Shown here: positions 1 to 11,207 of the stretch, piece by piece
Position numbering within the stretch: position 1 is the first letter of the stretch
Layout of the letters: each line of letters begins with the position of its first letter
Assembly: GCF_006345805.1 (NCBI RefSeq)
Contig: NC_043020.1
Coordinates: 13,268,001-13,332,000 of the forward strand
DNA: 64,000 bases
Direction of reading: 5' to 3'
Source: Octopus sinensis
Taxonomy: Eukaryota
Position numbers and translations under genes: made by a program
Notes under the pieces: generated by a model
Told to the model about the DNA's origin: nothing
The model's database searches: none
The model's input: the letters and a program-made list of their open reading frames with translations, nothing else

Positions 1-172
1 AAATTTAAAAATTTAAAAATATAAATTAAAAAATTTTAAATTTTAATAATTCAAATTTTAAATTTTATATTTTATATATATATTACATATTATATTAATT
101 ATATATCTTTTTTGTTTTTTATGTATTGGTTTATGTCTATCACTATTTGAGTTGCCTAATAGTGGTTTTATC

Positions 173-229
<57 letters not shown>

Positions 230-230
230 C
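1..230. repeat. AT-rich low-complexity sequence and (TA)n
   Basis: Nearly pure A/T; (TA)n run at about 178-225. Confidence 0.9.
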
Positions 231-619
231 TGCATTAAAAACTGTGATGAGTGAAAATTTTGTAAATGATAATTATAGGCTTTAAGCTTTAATACACTGT
301 GAATGCTTATATATATATCCAAAAGTTAGGGAATGGAGTAGATAACTCTTCAGGCCAAGGATACCTTGATTACATGAAGTTTGTATGTGTATATGAGTTT
401 TTATGCAAGCTGGAGTTGATCACTATCTTATGTGGCAGACTTGAATAATTATTGAGAGATATCTCTCTGAACATGAAACCAATAGTCTGGTTGTGTCATG
501 AATAAAGAATATTTATCCACCAAAGTGGTTTTGTACATTCATTCTTACTGTTCAGTATTAACGTGTGTGTCTGTGTGTAGATAGAAATATTGATATATAT
601 GCAATACATGCAAAGGGTA

Positions 620-825
620 TTTGTTTGTGCCTCCTTGTCTTGACATGGCATTACTGTTGTAAATGAGTGTCACCGTCGTACAAGCAGTGTCATTCATTTC
701 CGATATTCTGTGGGAACAAGGCCATGGAGAAGCAGATACCTTACTTGTAACTGGGTAAGGGTTGGCGACAGGAAGAGCATCCAACCCATGCAAGTATTGA
801 AAGGTAGACGTTAAAATGATGTGAT
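620..825 (+). mobile_element. Degenerate SINE-like 3' part ending in an RTE-type tail
   Basis: Ends ggttggcgacaggaagagcatccaacccatgc...gacgttaaaatgatg, resembling the RTE 3' end seen across the window. Confidence 0.45.
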
Positions 826-1249
826 GGCCATCATATACAAAGAAATAATTTCAGTTATTCCCCCTGATCTCCTGTGTTCCTTTCCTGGTGTAGTAGTGTA
901 CCGCATCTTATGGGTTAACAGTCTTATTATTCCACAATATATTAATATAGTATTTATTTCACATAGCTACAAGAAATAGTCCAAAAGACATTGTCTTTTA
1001 ATTAATTCATTAATTAATTAGTTTCATATTCAGCTACATGTACTTTTATTTGAAAATAATATTTGTTGTTGTTGTTGTTCTTATTAGCTTACTTCTCAGA
1101 GCTTTCAGTCATACTTGCTCTGGTTGATTCTGTGAGAGTGGACAGCAACCTGTTGTCAGAGGTCTCTTAGGGTCGCTTTATGCAAATTATAAGCTCTGGT
1201 ACTTGGATGTTAACTTATCATAGATATTATTATTATTATTATTATTGTT

Positions 1250-1462
1250 AATGTCGCAAACTGGCAGAATTGTTAACATGCCGGGCAAAATGCTTTGCAG
1301 TATTTCATCTGCTGTTATGTTCTGAGTTCAAATTCCACCGAGGTCGACTTTGCCTCTCATCCTTTCAGGATCAATAAATTAAATATCAGTGAAATACTTG
1401 GGTCGATGAAATTGACACATCCCCTTCCCCAAAATGGTTGCCCTTGTGGAAAAATTTGAAAC
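1250..1462 (+). mobile_element. SINE-B copy
   Basis: ctggcagaattgttaac...gagttcaaattcc (B-box-like)...gtcgactttgcctctcatcctttc core, repeated many times in the window. Confidence 0.8.
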
Positions 1463-1465
1463 CAC

Positions 1466-1471
<6 letters not shown>

Positions 1472-1499
<28 letters not shown>

Positions 1500-2043
1500 G
1501 AGTGAGAGAGCAGTTCATGCCATCAAAGTGACACTGGGGTAAAATATACGAAGCCCAATATACCCATCACGACTACCCGTCTGATAAAGGTACACCAGGC
1601 ACATGCATCACAACCATATGTGCGCGACATGGTGATCTCATATCAAGATAAACAGCACATGACCTTGCAGGTGGGGCCCAGTTAGAATTTTCTTCAGGTT
1701 GAGTAGCCCATCCCGCTCAAACGGTCCCTGAATAAGGGTTGTTTAAGGATGTTGAAAGAACCACCCATGTTTCCAGAGGTGAACTATTCAAACCCCAAAG
1801 AATCCCTCTCAACACATGGCTATGATGCTCCCCCACTACTTCTGCTCGTGATCAGAGATGCACATATCGTCAGCCACTAAGGGACATGCTCAACTGGTTA
1901 AGGTCAAACAACTGACAAGCAAATCTGTGGTATTGAGCAGAATATTTGCTGTAGCCCATCTTTTATACCAAGACAAAACAATGTACATGATAACACTTCC
2001 AATCAGTTAAGATCAGAAGCCATGAGAGCCACTGCCTGGTACT
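1472..2043 (-). mobile_element. Putative ~550-bp retroposon with (AAT)n tail, possibly 5S-derived head
   Basis: Higher-GC block; minus-strand 3' end runs into (AAT)n; 5' end has order-conserved 5S-like blocks. Single copy here. Confidence 0.4.
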
Positions 2044-2048
2044 TCATC

Positions 2049-2147
2049 TATTATTATTATTATTATTATTGATATTATTATTATTATTATTGATATTATT
2101 ATTATTATTATTGATATTATTATTATTGATATTATTATTATTATTAT
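2049..2147. repeat. (TAT)n microsatellite with TGA interruptions
   Basis: Direct reading. Confidence 0.95.
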
Positions 2148-2290
2148 GGCAGTGAGTTGGCAGAATTGTTACCATGCCGAGCGAAATACTTAGCTGTATT
2201 TTGTCTCCCACTGATCTGAGTTCAGATTTCGCCAAAGCCAACTTTGCCTTTCATCCTTTTGGGGTCGTTAAATTAAGTACCAGTGAAATT
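2148..2290 (+). mobile_element. SINE-B partial
   Basis: Head plus ctttgcctttcatcctttt ggggtcg core. Confidence 0.75.
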
Positions 2291-2454
2291 AAGTACCTCA
2301 TGATTGTAAGCTCTATGCTCTAACCACTGAGCCATGCGCCTTGTATGTATATATATATATATATATAATTATACACACATACAACAGACTTCTTTCTGTT
2401 TCCATCTACCAAATCCACTCACAAGGCTTTGGGTCAGTGAATGTAATGTGTTGG

Positions 2455-2645
2455 GGAGTACCTGGCATTCTATCTGCTATAATAATGAGGGTTCCAGTTG
2501 ATCCAATTAATGGAACAGTCTGCTCATGAAATTAATGGGCAAGTGGTTGAGCACTTGATGGACATGTCCCCTTAACATAGCTCTGGGGGAGATTCAGCGT
2601 GATACAGAATCTGACAAGGCTGGCCCTTTGAATTACTGGTACAAA
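2455..2645 (-). mobile_element. SINE-E 3' fragment
   Basis: Reverse complement matches the tail at 29070-29230. Confidence 0.7.
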
Positions 2646-2770
2646 TTATTTTTGCCAGTTCAGTGAACTGGAGCAACATAAAATAGAGTACCTTGCTCAA
2701 GGGCACAGCACATCACCAGAAATCCTTACACTCATGAGCTGAATACCCTAACCACTGAACCATGTACTTC
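2645..2770 (-). mobile_element. SINE-C/D head fragment (tRNA-like plus CORE-like)
   Basis: cagtgaactggagcaac...ttgctcaag...cctaaccactga. Confidence 0.6.
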
Positions 2771-2791
2771 ACACATTGGGGAATAAACGTC

Positions 2792-3215
2792 ATCATCATC
2801 ATCATCGTTTAACGTCCGCTTTCCATGCTAGCATGGGTTGGACGGTTCTACCTGGGTCTGGAAAGCCAGAAGGCTGCACCAGGATCCAGTCTAATCTGGC
2901 AGTGTTTCTACAGCTGGATGCCCTTCCTAACGCCAACCACTCCGTGAGTGTAGTGGGTGCTTTTTACGTGCCACCGGCACAGGTGCCAGACGAGACTGGC
3001 ATACGGCCATGATTGGATGGTGCTTTTTACGTGCCACCGGCACAGGGGCCATGGGGGGCTGGCAACGGCCACGATCGGATGGTGCTTTTTACGTGCCACT
3101 GGCATGGGGGCCATGCGGGGCTGGCAAACGGCCACGATCGGATGGTGCTTTTTACGTGCCACCAGCACAGGGGCCATGCGGGGCTGGCAACGGCCACGGT
3201 CGGATGGTGCTTTTA
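2792..3215 (-). mobile_element. RTE LINE 3'-UTR fragment with several gtgcc-ggcac subunits
   Basis: (CAT)n tail, ccatgctagcatgg palindrome, ggatgcccttcctaacgccaaccac; matches 56656-57241. Confidence 0.85.
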
Positions 3216-3595
3216 AAGCAACCCACCCTCTTATTTGTGGGCCTTGGTTGAAGTAATTTTCAGCAAGTACTCCACATGTTGTTAACAGTGGGAGTGAAAT
3301 ACAGAGATACATGTGATCTTGATTTGAAACCCCTAACTCCAGCACCTGCCCACCCGAGTTACACCTCTTTTATTTTATCCCCCTTTCTCTCCCCCTTTCT
3401 CTCCCCCTTTCTCTCCCCCTTTTCACATCTGTAAACCATACCTTTAAGATCCATTATAAAGTCTTCATCCAGTTGCATATTAATTAATAGCAGAGCAAGA
3501 AGCCTTATGTTTGTAAATATATTTATAATTTCATGATTAAACAAATATGATATGCATATTTTCCTTAATCAAGGTATATTTTCTCGTTATTTCAG

Positions 3596-3753
3596 CCCAT
3601 AGACATTTTAGACTAGTAATTAATATTACCAATAGTGCTCTACAGGAAAATGAGAAACATTTGGTGCTTCGTTATCAGATGTTGGTGCTGCCGCTTCTGA
3701 AAGTCCTGAATCATTTACAAGTCACCGCCAAGTCATGTTACCCAATACCTTAG
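3596..3753 (+). CDS. Candidate exon, product unknown (AHRHFRLVINITNSALQENEKHLVLRYQMLVLPLL...)
   Basis: Strong acceptor ttttctcgttatttcag at 3595; one open frame of ~52 codons in unique sequence; no strong donor; no recognisable homology. Confidence 0.2.
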
Positions 3754-3839
3754 CGTTTTGTTTATTTATTTAATAACCATTTTTACATTAACCCAAACTG
3801 CCTTCAGAATTTGGTATAAGTTTTCTTTTTTTTATTCAT

Positions 3840-3948
3840 TTATATATAATATATATATATATATTATATATATATATATATACATACATACGTACGTAAA
3901 TGTCAAATGATGAAAATGAGTGAAAACTTATATATACATATATATATA

Positions 3949-4026
<78 letters not shown>

Positions 4027-4239
4027 ACATATGCATATATATATGCATATATTACATATATGCATATATATATATACATATATAATATATATATACATAT
4101 ATGCATATATATAACATATATATACATATATGCATATATATACATATATATACATATATGCATATATATACATATATATACATATATGCATATATATATA
4201 TATATACATACATATGCAAATATATATACATATATATAC

Positions 4240-4270
<31 letters not shown>

Positions 4271-4306
4271 CATATATATATACACATATAGATATACACA
4301 CACACA

Positions 4307-4337
<31 letters not shown>

Positions 4338-4338
4338 C
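3840..4338. repeat. Compound (TA)n/(TACA)n/(CA)n microsatellite field
   Basis: Direct reading; source of the YI/HT-rich ORFs. Confidence 0.95.
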
Positions 4339-4832
4339 TTTTGATACCATGTTTAAACCAGTTCTTAGGTGTTTCGCAAGGAAATGGTCTGCAGCAATTT
4401 CCAAATTCCAGTCTTCTGTCTTTTTTTTTTTTTTTTTTTTTTTAAGCTGAACTAATTATTAAACGAAGTTCGAGAGTTAATTACCAGTTTGGAAGAATTT
4501 CGAGCTTAAAATGTTGGTCTTCTGCAAGTTAATTTGACGAAGAACAGAATTAATGGTAGAGAACCATCTCAGAGACTAACAAATTGTAAATGAACCAGAA
4601 TGAAAGAGCTTCTATATGGGTTGCAGAACATGCTAGAAATAACAACTAAGTCTCCCTCATATCAACTTTTTGAAAAGGAAACACGTCAATCTGTTGTCTC
4701 TGATCCCTTTTCATTCCAATATAACTACTTACTTTGTGTGTGTGTGTGGGGGGTGTAATAGTATGACAAGAGAAATAGTGTACACTTTTACTCTTCTACT
4801 TCAGTCATTTGACTGCGGCCATGCTGGAGCAC

Positions 4833-5010
4833 GTGAAAAGCACCCACTACACTCTCGGTGTGGTTGGCGTTAGGAAGGGCGTCCAGCTGTAGAAATTCTG
4901 CCAAATCAAGACTGGAGCCTGGTGCAGCCATCTGGTTCGCCAGCCCTCAGTCAAAATCGTCCAACCCATGCTAGCATGGAAAGCGGACGTTAAATGATGA
5001 TGATGATGAT
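4833..5010 (+). mobile_element. RTE 3'-UTR fragment
   Basis: aagcacccactacactc...ccatgctagcatgg...(GAT)n. Confidence 0.85.
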
Positions 5011-5084
5011 TAACCCCGGAAATAATTCAAGAGAATATCAATTTAGAGGCATCAGCAACACATCTTCTGGGGAGAAACTAGTCT

Positions 5085-5457
5085 TTAACCCTTTAGTGTT
5101 CGCATTATTCTACCAAAATTAATCCTTTTTTATCCACATTGTTTTGAACTAATCCTGCATTATCTTGTAGCTATGAGATTTTGATGAGGCAGCTGTTTAT
5201 TTTTCAAACGATATTGTAGGGTTGGTGTGAGAGACCAGATCTGGCCAGTTTGAACATAAAACAGGCAGAATACTTTTGGCCGGATATGGCCGGTTTAAAT
5301 GCATTATCTTGTAACTATGAGAATTTGATGAGGCAGCTGTTAATTTTTCAAACGATATTGTAGGGCTGGTGTGAGAGACCAGATCTGGCCAGTTTGAACA
5401 TAAAACAGGCGGAATACTTTTGGCCGGATATGGCCAGTTTAAATGCTTAAGGGTTAA
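5085..5457. mobile_element. piggyBac-type MITE family 1 with internal 144-bp tandem duplication
   Basis: TTAA|CCCTTT...AGGG|TTAA ends; 5157-5300 repeated at 5301-5444. Confidence 0.8.
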
Positions 5458-5798
5458 AGGTAAACCTCAATATAAGAAGACAATAATAGCTGAAAACTGG
5501 AAAATTTCTTGGTGATTCTGATGGAATAGTAAATGGAAAATCCCATTAGCCTGTACATCAGGAAATCCATATAATAATAATAATAATAATAATAATGATG
5601 ATGATCATAATAATAATAGTAATAATAATAATAATAATATGAACGTTATTTGGCACCGTACCTAACGAGGTTCTATTTATTTCTGAAAGTTAAGGGAAAA
5701 AGATGTTATTTATAGTTTAGCCAAATTTTGCCAAAGTATTGGTAACTTACAGAATTAATTTAGAAATTGATGAGAAAAAAACACCTGCTTCTCTGCAG

Positions 5799-5897
5799 AA
5801 GTTCCAAAAATAGTCTCTGAAGTAATAAAAGAACTTTTCCAGGAACTGATTGGATTCGGCGAGGTTTCCAGAAACAAAGTCTTAATTTATAATATTG
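5799..5897 (+). CDS. Candidate 99-nt symmetric exon (VPKIVSEVIKELFQELIGFGEVSRNKVLIYNI)
   Basis: Acceptor cctgcttctctgcag, donor G|gttaag, open frame; a competing exon model exists on the minus strand. Confidence 0.2.
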
Positions 5898-6094
5898 GTT
5901 AAGCTTCCGTATTACCATTCCATGAGATATTACTCAGTACCGTTCTACCAGATGTGTCTGCATACATGCGTTCTTGTCAAAAAAAATTATAATTTGATGT
6001 AGGGTCTCTCTGATCTCTGCTCACCAAACATAGCTTTCTCAATAAAAGCATCTCTTGTTTGTCCCTGCTATTATTATTATTGTTATGATGATGA

Positions 6095-6242
6095 TCGTCA
6101 TCATCGTTTAGCGTCCGCTTTCCATGCTAGCATGGGTTGGACGGTTCAACTGGGGTCTGGGAAGCCAGAAGGCTGCACCAGGCCCAGTCTAATCTGGCAA
6201 TGTTTCTACAGCTGGATGCCCTTCCTAACGCCAACCACTCTG
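6095..6242 (-). mobile_element. RTE 3'-UTR fragment
   Basis: Same diagnostic motifs as the other copies. Confidence 0.85.
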
Positions 6243-6279
6243 TGATGATGATGATAATAATAATAATAATAATAATAAT

Positions 6280-6440
6280 TTATTTACTACCCACAGTGGG
6301 GTAAACATAGAGGGGACAAACAAGGACCGAAAAAGGGTTTAAGTCGACTACATCAACCCCAGTGTGTTACTGGTACTTATTTAATCGACCCCGAAAGGAT
6401 GAAAGGCAAAGTCGACCTTGGCGGAATTTGAACTCACAAA
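6280..6440 (-). mobile_element. SINE-B partial
   Basis: atcgaccccgaaaggatgaaaggcaaagtcgacc...atttgaactc. Confidence 0.8.
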
Positions 6441-6714
6441 TAGGAGGATATAGATGGATATAGGGTACTATTTGTACTGCATACACTCACTATACAGACA
6501 TGAATATGTAGGTATGAAGGTGCAGGAGTGGCTGTGTGGTAAGTAACTTGATTACCAACCACATGGTTCCGGGTTCTGTCCCACTGTGGCACCTTGGGCA
6601 AGTGTCTTCTACTATAGCCTCAGGCCAACCAATGCCTTGTTAGTGGATTTGGTAGATGGAAACTGAAAGAAGCCCGTCGTATATATGTATACACATATAT
6701 ATATATATATACAC

Positions 6715-6950
6715 TTTATTTAAAAGTAGCAGAAATTCAACAAAACCCGTTACTTAGAGTTTCACGTCCCCGTTCGTCGGACAGTTTTGTTAAAATATTT
6801 TAACATTACTGTCTGACAAACGTGAACGTGAAACTCCAAGTAACAGGTTTTGTTGAATTTCTGTTGCTTTCAAATAAAGCATATTACTCTACCCCTGGTA
6901 TTTGAGTACTCTTTTTTCCACCTTGTTTCACATTTATGTGTTTACTCCAG
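6715..6950. mobile_element. Fold-back element with hammerhead-like motifs, possibly Penelope-like
   Basis: Inverted arms 6715-6785 and 6808-6878, palindromic centre, unique tail to ~6950; second copy at 58647-58845. Confidence 0.6.
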
Positions 6951-6954
6951 TATA

Positions 6955-7130
6955 TCATCATCATCATCATCATCATCGTCGTTTAACGTCCGTTCTCCAT
7001 GCTAGCATGGGTTGGACGGTTCGACCGGGGATCTGGGAAGCCAGGAGGCTGCACCAGGCTCCAGTCTTGATCTGGCAATGTTTCTACAGCTGGATGCCCT
7101 TCCTAATGCCAACCACTCTGTAAGTGTAGT
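6955..7130 (-). mobile_element. RTE 3'-UTR fragment nested in SINE-A
   Basis: (CAT)n, ccatgctagcatgg, ggatgcccttcctaatgccaacc. Confidence 0.85.
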
Positions 7131-7181
7131 AATAATAATAATTATAATAATAATAATAATGATAATTAATAAACAAATAAA

Positions 7182-7221
<40 letters not shown>

Positions 7222-7689
7222 ATATGTTTGTGTGTCTGTGTTTGTCCCCCTAGCATTGCTTGACAACCAATGCTGGCGTGTATGCGTTCCCATAACTTAG
7301 TAGTTCGGCAAAAGAGACCGATAGAATAAGTACTAGGCTTACAAAGAATAAGTCTTGGGGTCGATTTACTCGACTAAAGGCAGTGCTCCAGCATGGCCAC
7401 AGTCAAATGACTGAAACAAGTAAAAGAGTAAAAGAGACTCTCCTGTTGAAGACAACATTTAAGTACTCAGCTTTTTGCCGACTGACCTGCACAAATAATT
7501 TGTGTTTAGTGATTAGATGTTTGTGCTGAACAGGTGCTTGGTATGCCATGCGCCAAGTGTCAAAGTAATTACATAGCAAAATAAGATGAAGTGTTTTGCT
7601 CAAGAACACGATGCATCACCCAGTCTAGGAATTGAAATCATGATTGCTAGGTTGTGACACCCTAACCACTGAGCTAAAGACCTGGCAAA

Positions 7690-8172
7690 CCAAGTGAGAC
7701 CATAACCTCATGGCCTATGCCAGGGGTATAACCAGCCCATTTATGCATATCTTTCCTTCATTGGACACTAAACTCTGCTTGCGAACACTTGTTGAGGCAA
7801 GTGAAATCAAAATCAAAACCAAATACAATGACTGCATCCATGCTAGTGGAGTGCTAAGATCACCATCCGAACATGATCGTTGCCAGAGCAGCAAACTGGC
7901 TCCTGTGCAGGTGGCATGTAAAGAACACCATTTGAGCCTGGCCGTTGCTAGTACCGCTTGACTGGCCCTCGTCACAGTGGCACGTAAAAGCACCCACTAC
8001 ACTATTGGAGTGGTTGGCGTTAGGAAGGGCATCCAGCAGTAGAAACTCTGCCAGTTCAGATTGGAGCCTGGTGCAGCCATCTTGTTCGTCAGACCTCAGT
8101 CAAATCATCCAACCCATGCCAGCATGGAAAGCAGACGTTAAACAATGATGAAACGACAACAACAATGATGAT
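7690..8172 (+). mobile_element. RTE 3'-UTR fragment starting near the ORF2 stop
   Basis: caagtgagaccataacc...gttgaggcaagtg... matches 56650 onward. Confidence 0.8.
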
Positions 8173-8180
8173 GATATATA

Positions 8181-8383
8181 TACTCTTTTACTCGTTTCAG
8201 TCATTTGACTGCAGCCATGCTGGAGCACCGCCTTTAATCGAGCAACTCGACCCCGGGACTTATTCTTTGTAAGCCCAGTACTTATTCTATCGGTCTCTTT
8301 TGCCGAACCGCTAAGTTACGGGGACGCAAACACACCAGCATCGGTTGTCAAGCAATGCTAGGGGGACAAACACAGACACACAA

Positions 8384-8414
<31 letters not shown>

Positions 8415-8815
8415 CATATATACGACAGGCTTCTTTCAGTTTCCGTCTACCAAATCTACTCACAAGGGGCTATAGCAGAAGACACTTGCCCAAGATGCCA
8501 CGCAGTGGGACTGAACCCGGAACCATGAGGTTGGTAAGCAAGCTACTTACCACACAGCCACTCCTGCACCTTATATATATATATATATATATAGTAAGCC
8601 TACTCTTAATTCTATAGATATACGACAGGCTTCTTTCAGTTTCCATCTACCAAATCCACTCACAAGGGGCTATAGCAGAAGACACTTGCCCAAGATGCCA
8701 CGCAGTGGGACTGAACCCGGAACCATGTGGTTGGTAAGCAAGCTACTTACCACACAGCCACTCCTGCGCCTTATATATATATATATATAGTAAGCCTACT
8801 CTTAATTCTATAGAT
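8181..8815 (-). mobile_element. SINE-A with 200-bp tandem duplication of head plus flank
   Basis: 8421-8620 repeated at 8621-8815; both copies share the same internal deletion. Confidence 0.85.
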
Positions 8816-9307
8816 TTTTTTTTTTCTATTTCGCAGACTCGATAGTAACAACATTCAATAGAAGTCTAAGTGCCATATTGTAAACTAGTTGCAATCCGCA
8901 CTGCTGTTGTAGTTGCTGTTCTATATCTCTGTAGCTGATGGTTCTCTGATAATTGTATAAATTTGTCAGCAACAAACGAAAATAGTATCAGAGCAAAATA
9001 TTCTCATTTAATAAGCAGTAGAAAGTTGAAGACTCTAATAGCTACCTACTTGTTGCAAAGCCATATTGGACTGTCAGCTGCCTCTGTTAGAGTGAGTTCT
9101 TCATTGATTTCCTTCATTGATTACCACGTTCCTTACTTTTGTCTTGCAGCTTTTAATAACTCCATTATTTTCCTTTGTTAGTCTTCTTCATTTTCTTCTG
9201 TGAATCTTCTGTCTTTCTCCGTTCTCTAATCTTAACTCCATTAAAGTTCAACATCTTTCATGGTTGCTTGTCTTAACCCTGTTCTTACATTTCCACCATT
9301 AACTTAC

Positions 9308-9361
9308 CGTTCTTATCAAATCGGCGCCAACACTGTCACCTGTCAACATCATCTTGGGTTT
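9308..9361 (-). CDS. Candidate 54-nt exon (KPKMMLTGDSVGADLIRT)
   Basis: Perfect donor ACG|gtaagt, weak acceptor, one open frame; unsupported otherwise. Confidence 0.15.
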
Positions 9362-9384
9362 CTTATGACAAATCTTTTATCTTT

Positions 9385-10265
9385 TATTCTTTTAATTGTT
9401 TCAGGCATTTTTGACTGCAGCCATGCTGGAGCACCCCCTTGAAGGATTTTATTCGAACCATAAAATTATTAACCATCTTACAAACAATAACTCTGAGCAC
9501 CTTTTCAAACTCCACCCGTCTAACACCCGTGGACATATTTACAAAGTCAGAAAACAGCACAGCTCCCATGACTTTAGGAAACATTTTTTCATGCTGAGAT
9601 TTGCTGAAGCATGGAACAAACTGCTGGCATCAGTTGTTAGTTGTCGGAGCACTGCATCCTTCAAAACTTCCATGCTTTCTGAGATTCGCCATGCTGGAGC
9701 ACCTCCTTGAAGGATTTTATTCGAACCATAAAATTAGTAACCATTTTACAAACAATAACTCTGAGCACCTTTTCAAACTCCACCCGTCTAACACCCGTGG
9801 ACATGTTTACAAAGTCAGAAAACAGCACAGCTCCCATGACTTTAGGAAACATTTTTTCACACTGAGAGTTGCTGAAGCACGGAACAAACTGCCCGCATCA
9901 GTTGTTAGTTGTCGGAGCTCTGCATCCTTCAAAACTTCCATGCTTTCTGAGATTCGCCAACACTACACCTGATTTTCTCCCCTCCATACACACACACAAG
10001 CATGTATCTGACTCGTACATTGTTCGCTTTCCAGACATTTGTACATTACTGCATATGCTTTATACACACTTTCTGACAAGTTGTGGTGCACCTGAGCACT
10101 GTATACAATAATCTCATTATTATTAAATCGACCCCAGGACTTATTTTTTAAAGCCTGGTACATATTCTATTGGTGTCTTTTGCTGAACTGCTAAGTTACA
10201 GATTTATACATACCAACACTGGTTGTCAAGCAGTGATGGGTGACAAACACAGACCCAAAGACAGA
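9385..10265 (-). mobile_element. SINE-A tail split by a CR1 insertion
   Basis: gccatgctggagcacc...attcgaac [insert] aaatcgaccccaggacttat resumes at ~10125. Confidence 0.75.
9459..10124 (+). mobile_element. CR1-clade LINE 3' fragment (ORF2 C-terminus and 3' UTR), partly duplicated
   Basis: Translation SNTRGHVYKVRK...FRKHFFTLRVAEA(W/R)NKLPASVV...FK is the typical CR1 ORF2 C-terminal motif; ends in (ATT)n. Confidence 0.8.
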
Positions 10266-10800
10266 TGTACATATATTTAAATATAATAGTGTAGATTTAT
10301 TATATGCTAGAAAGGGCAGTCAAACCCAAAACCACGCAAAAACATTCTTACATTAAAGCACATTGTTTGTACATGAGCAAGATAATTGAGTGAATAAAAA
10401 TTTCTGTTAACCTTATAACCATGTGTTGCACCATTAATAACCAAATAAATCAACTAAGTTAATTAATTGATTAAATAGTCATCTGTAGCTCGTCAGTAAG
10501 GTCACTGTAAAATGCATAAATATGAGACTACAATACATGCCAAAAGCACAAAGTAAACAAATTCAGTTCTATCTTTATACATCTAGGATTCAGATCGAAT
10601 GCCCTCAAGTCAATGTGCGAAACCAGAGTAATAGAGCAGTGAATAAATTCAAATGGATTCTATCCGGCTGAAGAATTTAAGTATTTAACTTAATAAATAC
10701 AAGGGTAAAAATTAGTTATTAATTTATACCAGTGGTTAGCATGTGTAATAAATGTAAGAAAATAGATATTTTAAAATCTGAAAGTGTATGAAATATGGAA

Positions 10801-11207
10801 TTTTCTCAGTTTGAACGGCAGTTTTTTCTAGCGGTGTCATATGAAATTGTCACCCATAATAAAACCCTAGTATCGATCTATTGCATTTCAATCTGTTTTA
10901 GGGTTAGGGGTGGGGGAAGGGTATCTATATTTCTTCACAAATGTAAATAAACCCAATCTGTTTCTTAAATGAGGGACATATTCATACAGCACAGAATATT
11001 TATTTTTACCTCAATAGACGGCACTGATCGGTTGAAATTGCAGAAATTGAAGGAAAAAAAACAACAAATATCTTACAAACTATAGAATTTTCTCAATAAA
11101 GCCAAGAGAAAAAGATGTTTTATAAACACATTCTACCAGTATACGAAGTTAAAAATTTTTTAGTTACCTGGAAATTATGTTAAAAACTGCCGTTCAAACC
11201 GAAAAGA
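10801..11207. mobile_element. MITE with ~25-bp TIRs
   Basis: Left ttttctcagtttgaacggcagttttt, right aaaaactgccgttcaaaccgaaaaga. Confidence 0.8.

Larger units (their letters stand above)
6519..7436 (+). mobile_element. SINE-A (tRNA-like head, central microsatellite, gagtaaaa tail) interrupted by nested elements
   Basis: Head 6519-6690 with A/B-box-like motifs; tail 7200-7436; nested inserts in between. Confidence 0.85.

Noticed and set aside
3903-4445. Long YI-, HT- and CV-rich ORFs here and at 12.4, 16.5, 36.6, 37.4-38.8 and 59.2 kb
   Set aside because: They are translations of (TA)n, (CA)n and (GT)n microsatellites, which lack stops in most frames.
8837-8861. LRR-like peptide LDSNNI after a strong acceptor
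   Set aside because: In-frame stop after 7 codons with no donor before it.
10905-10920. Telomere-like ttagggttaggg
   Set aside because: Only two units, inside a MITE.
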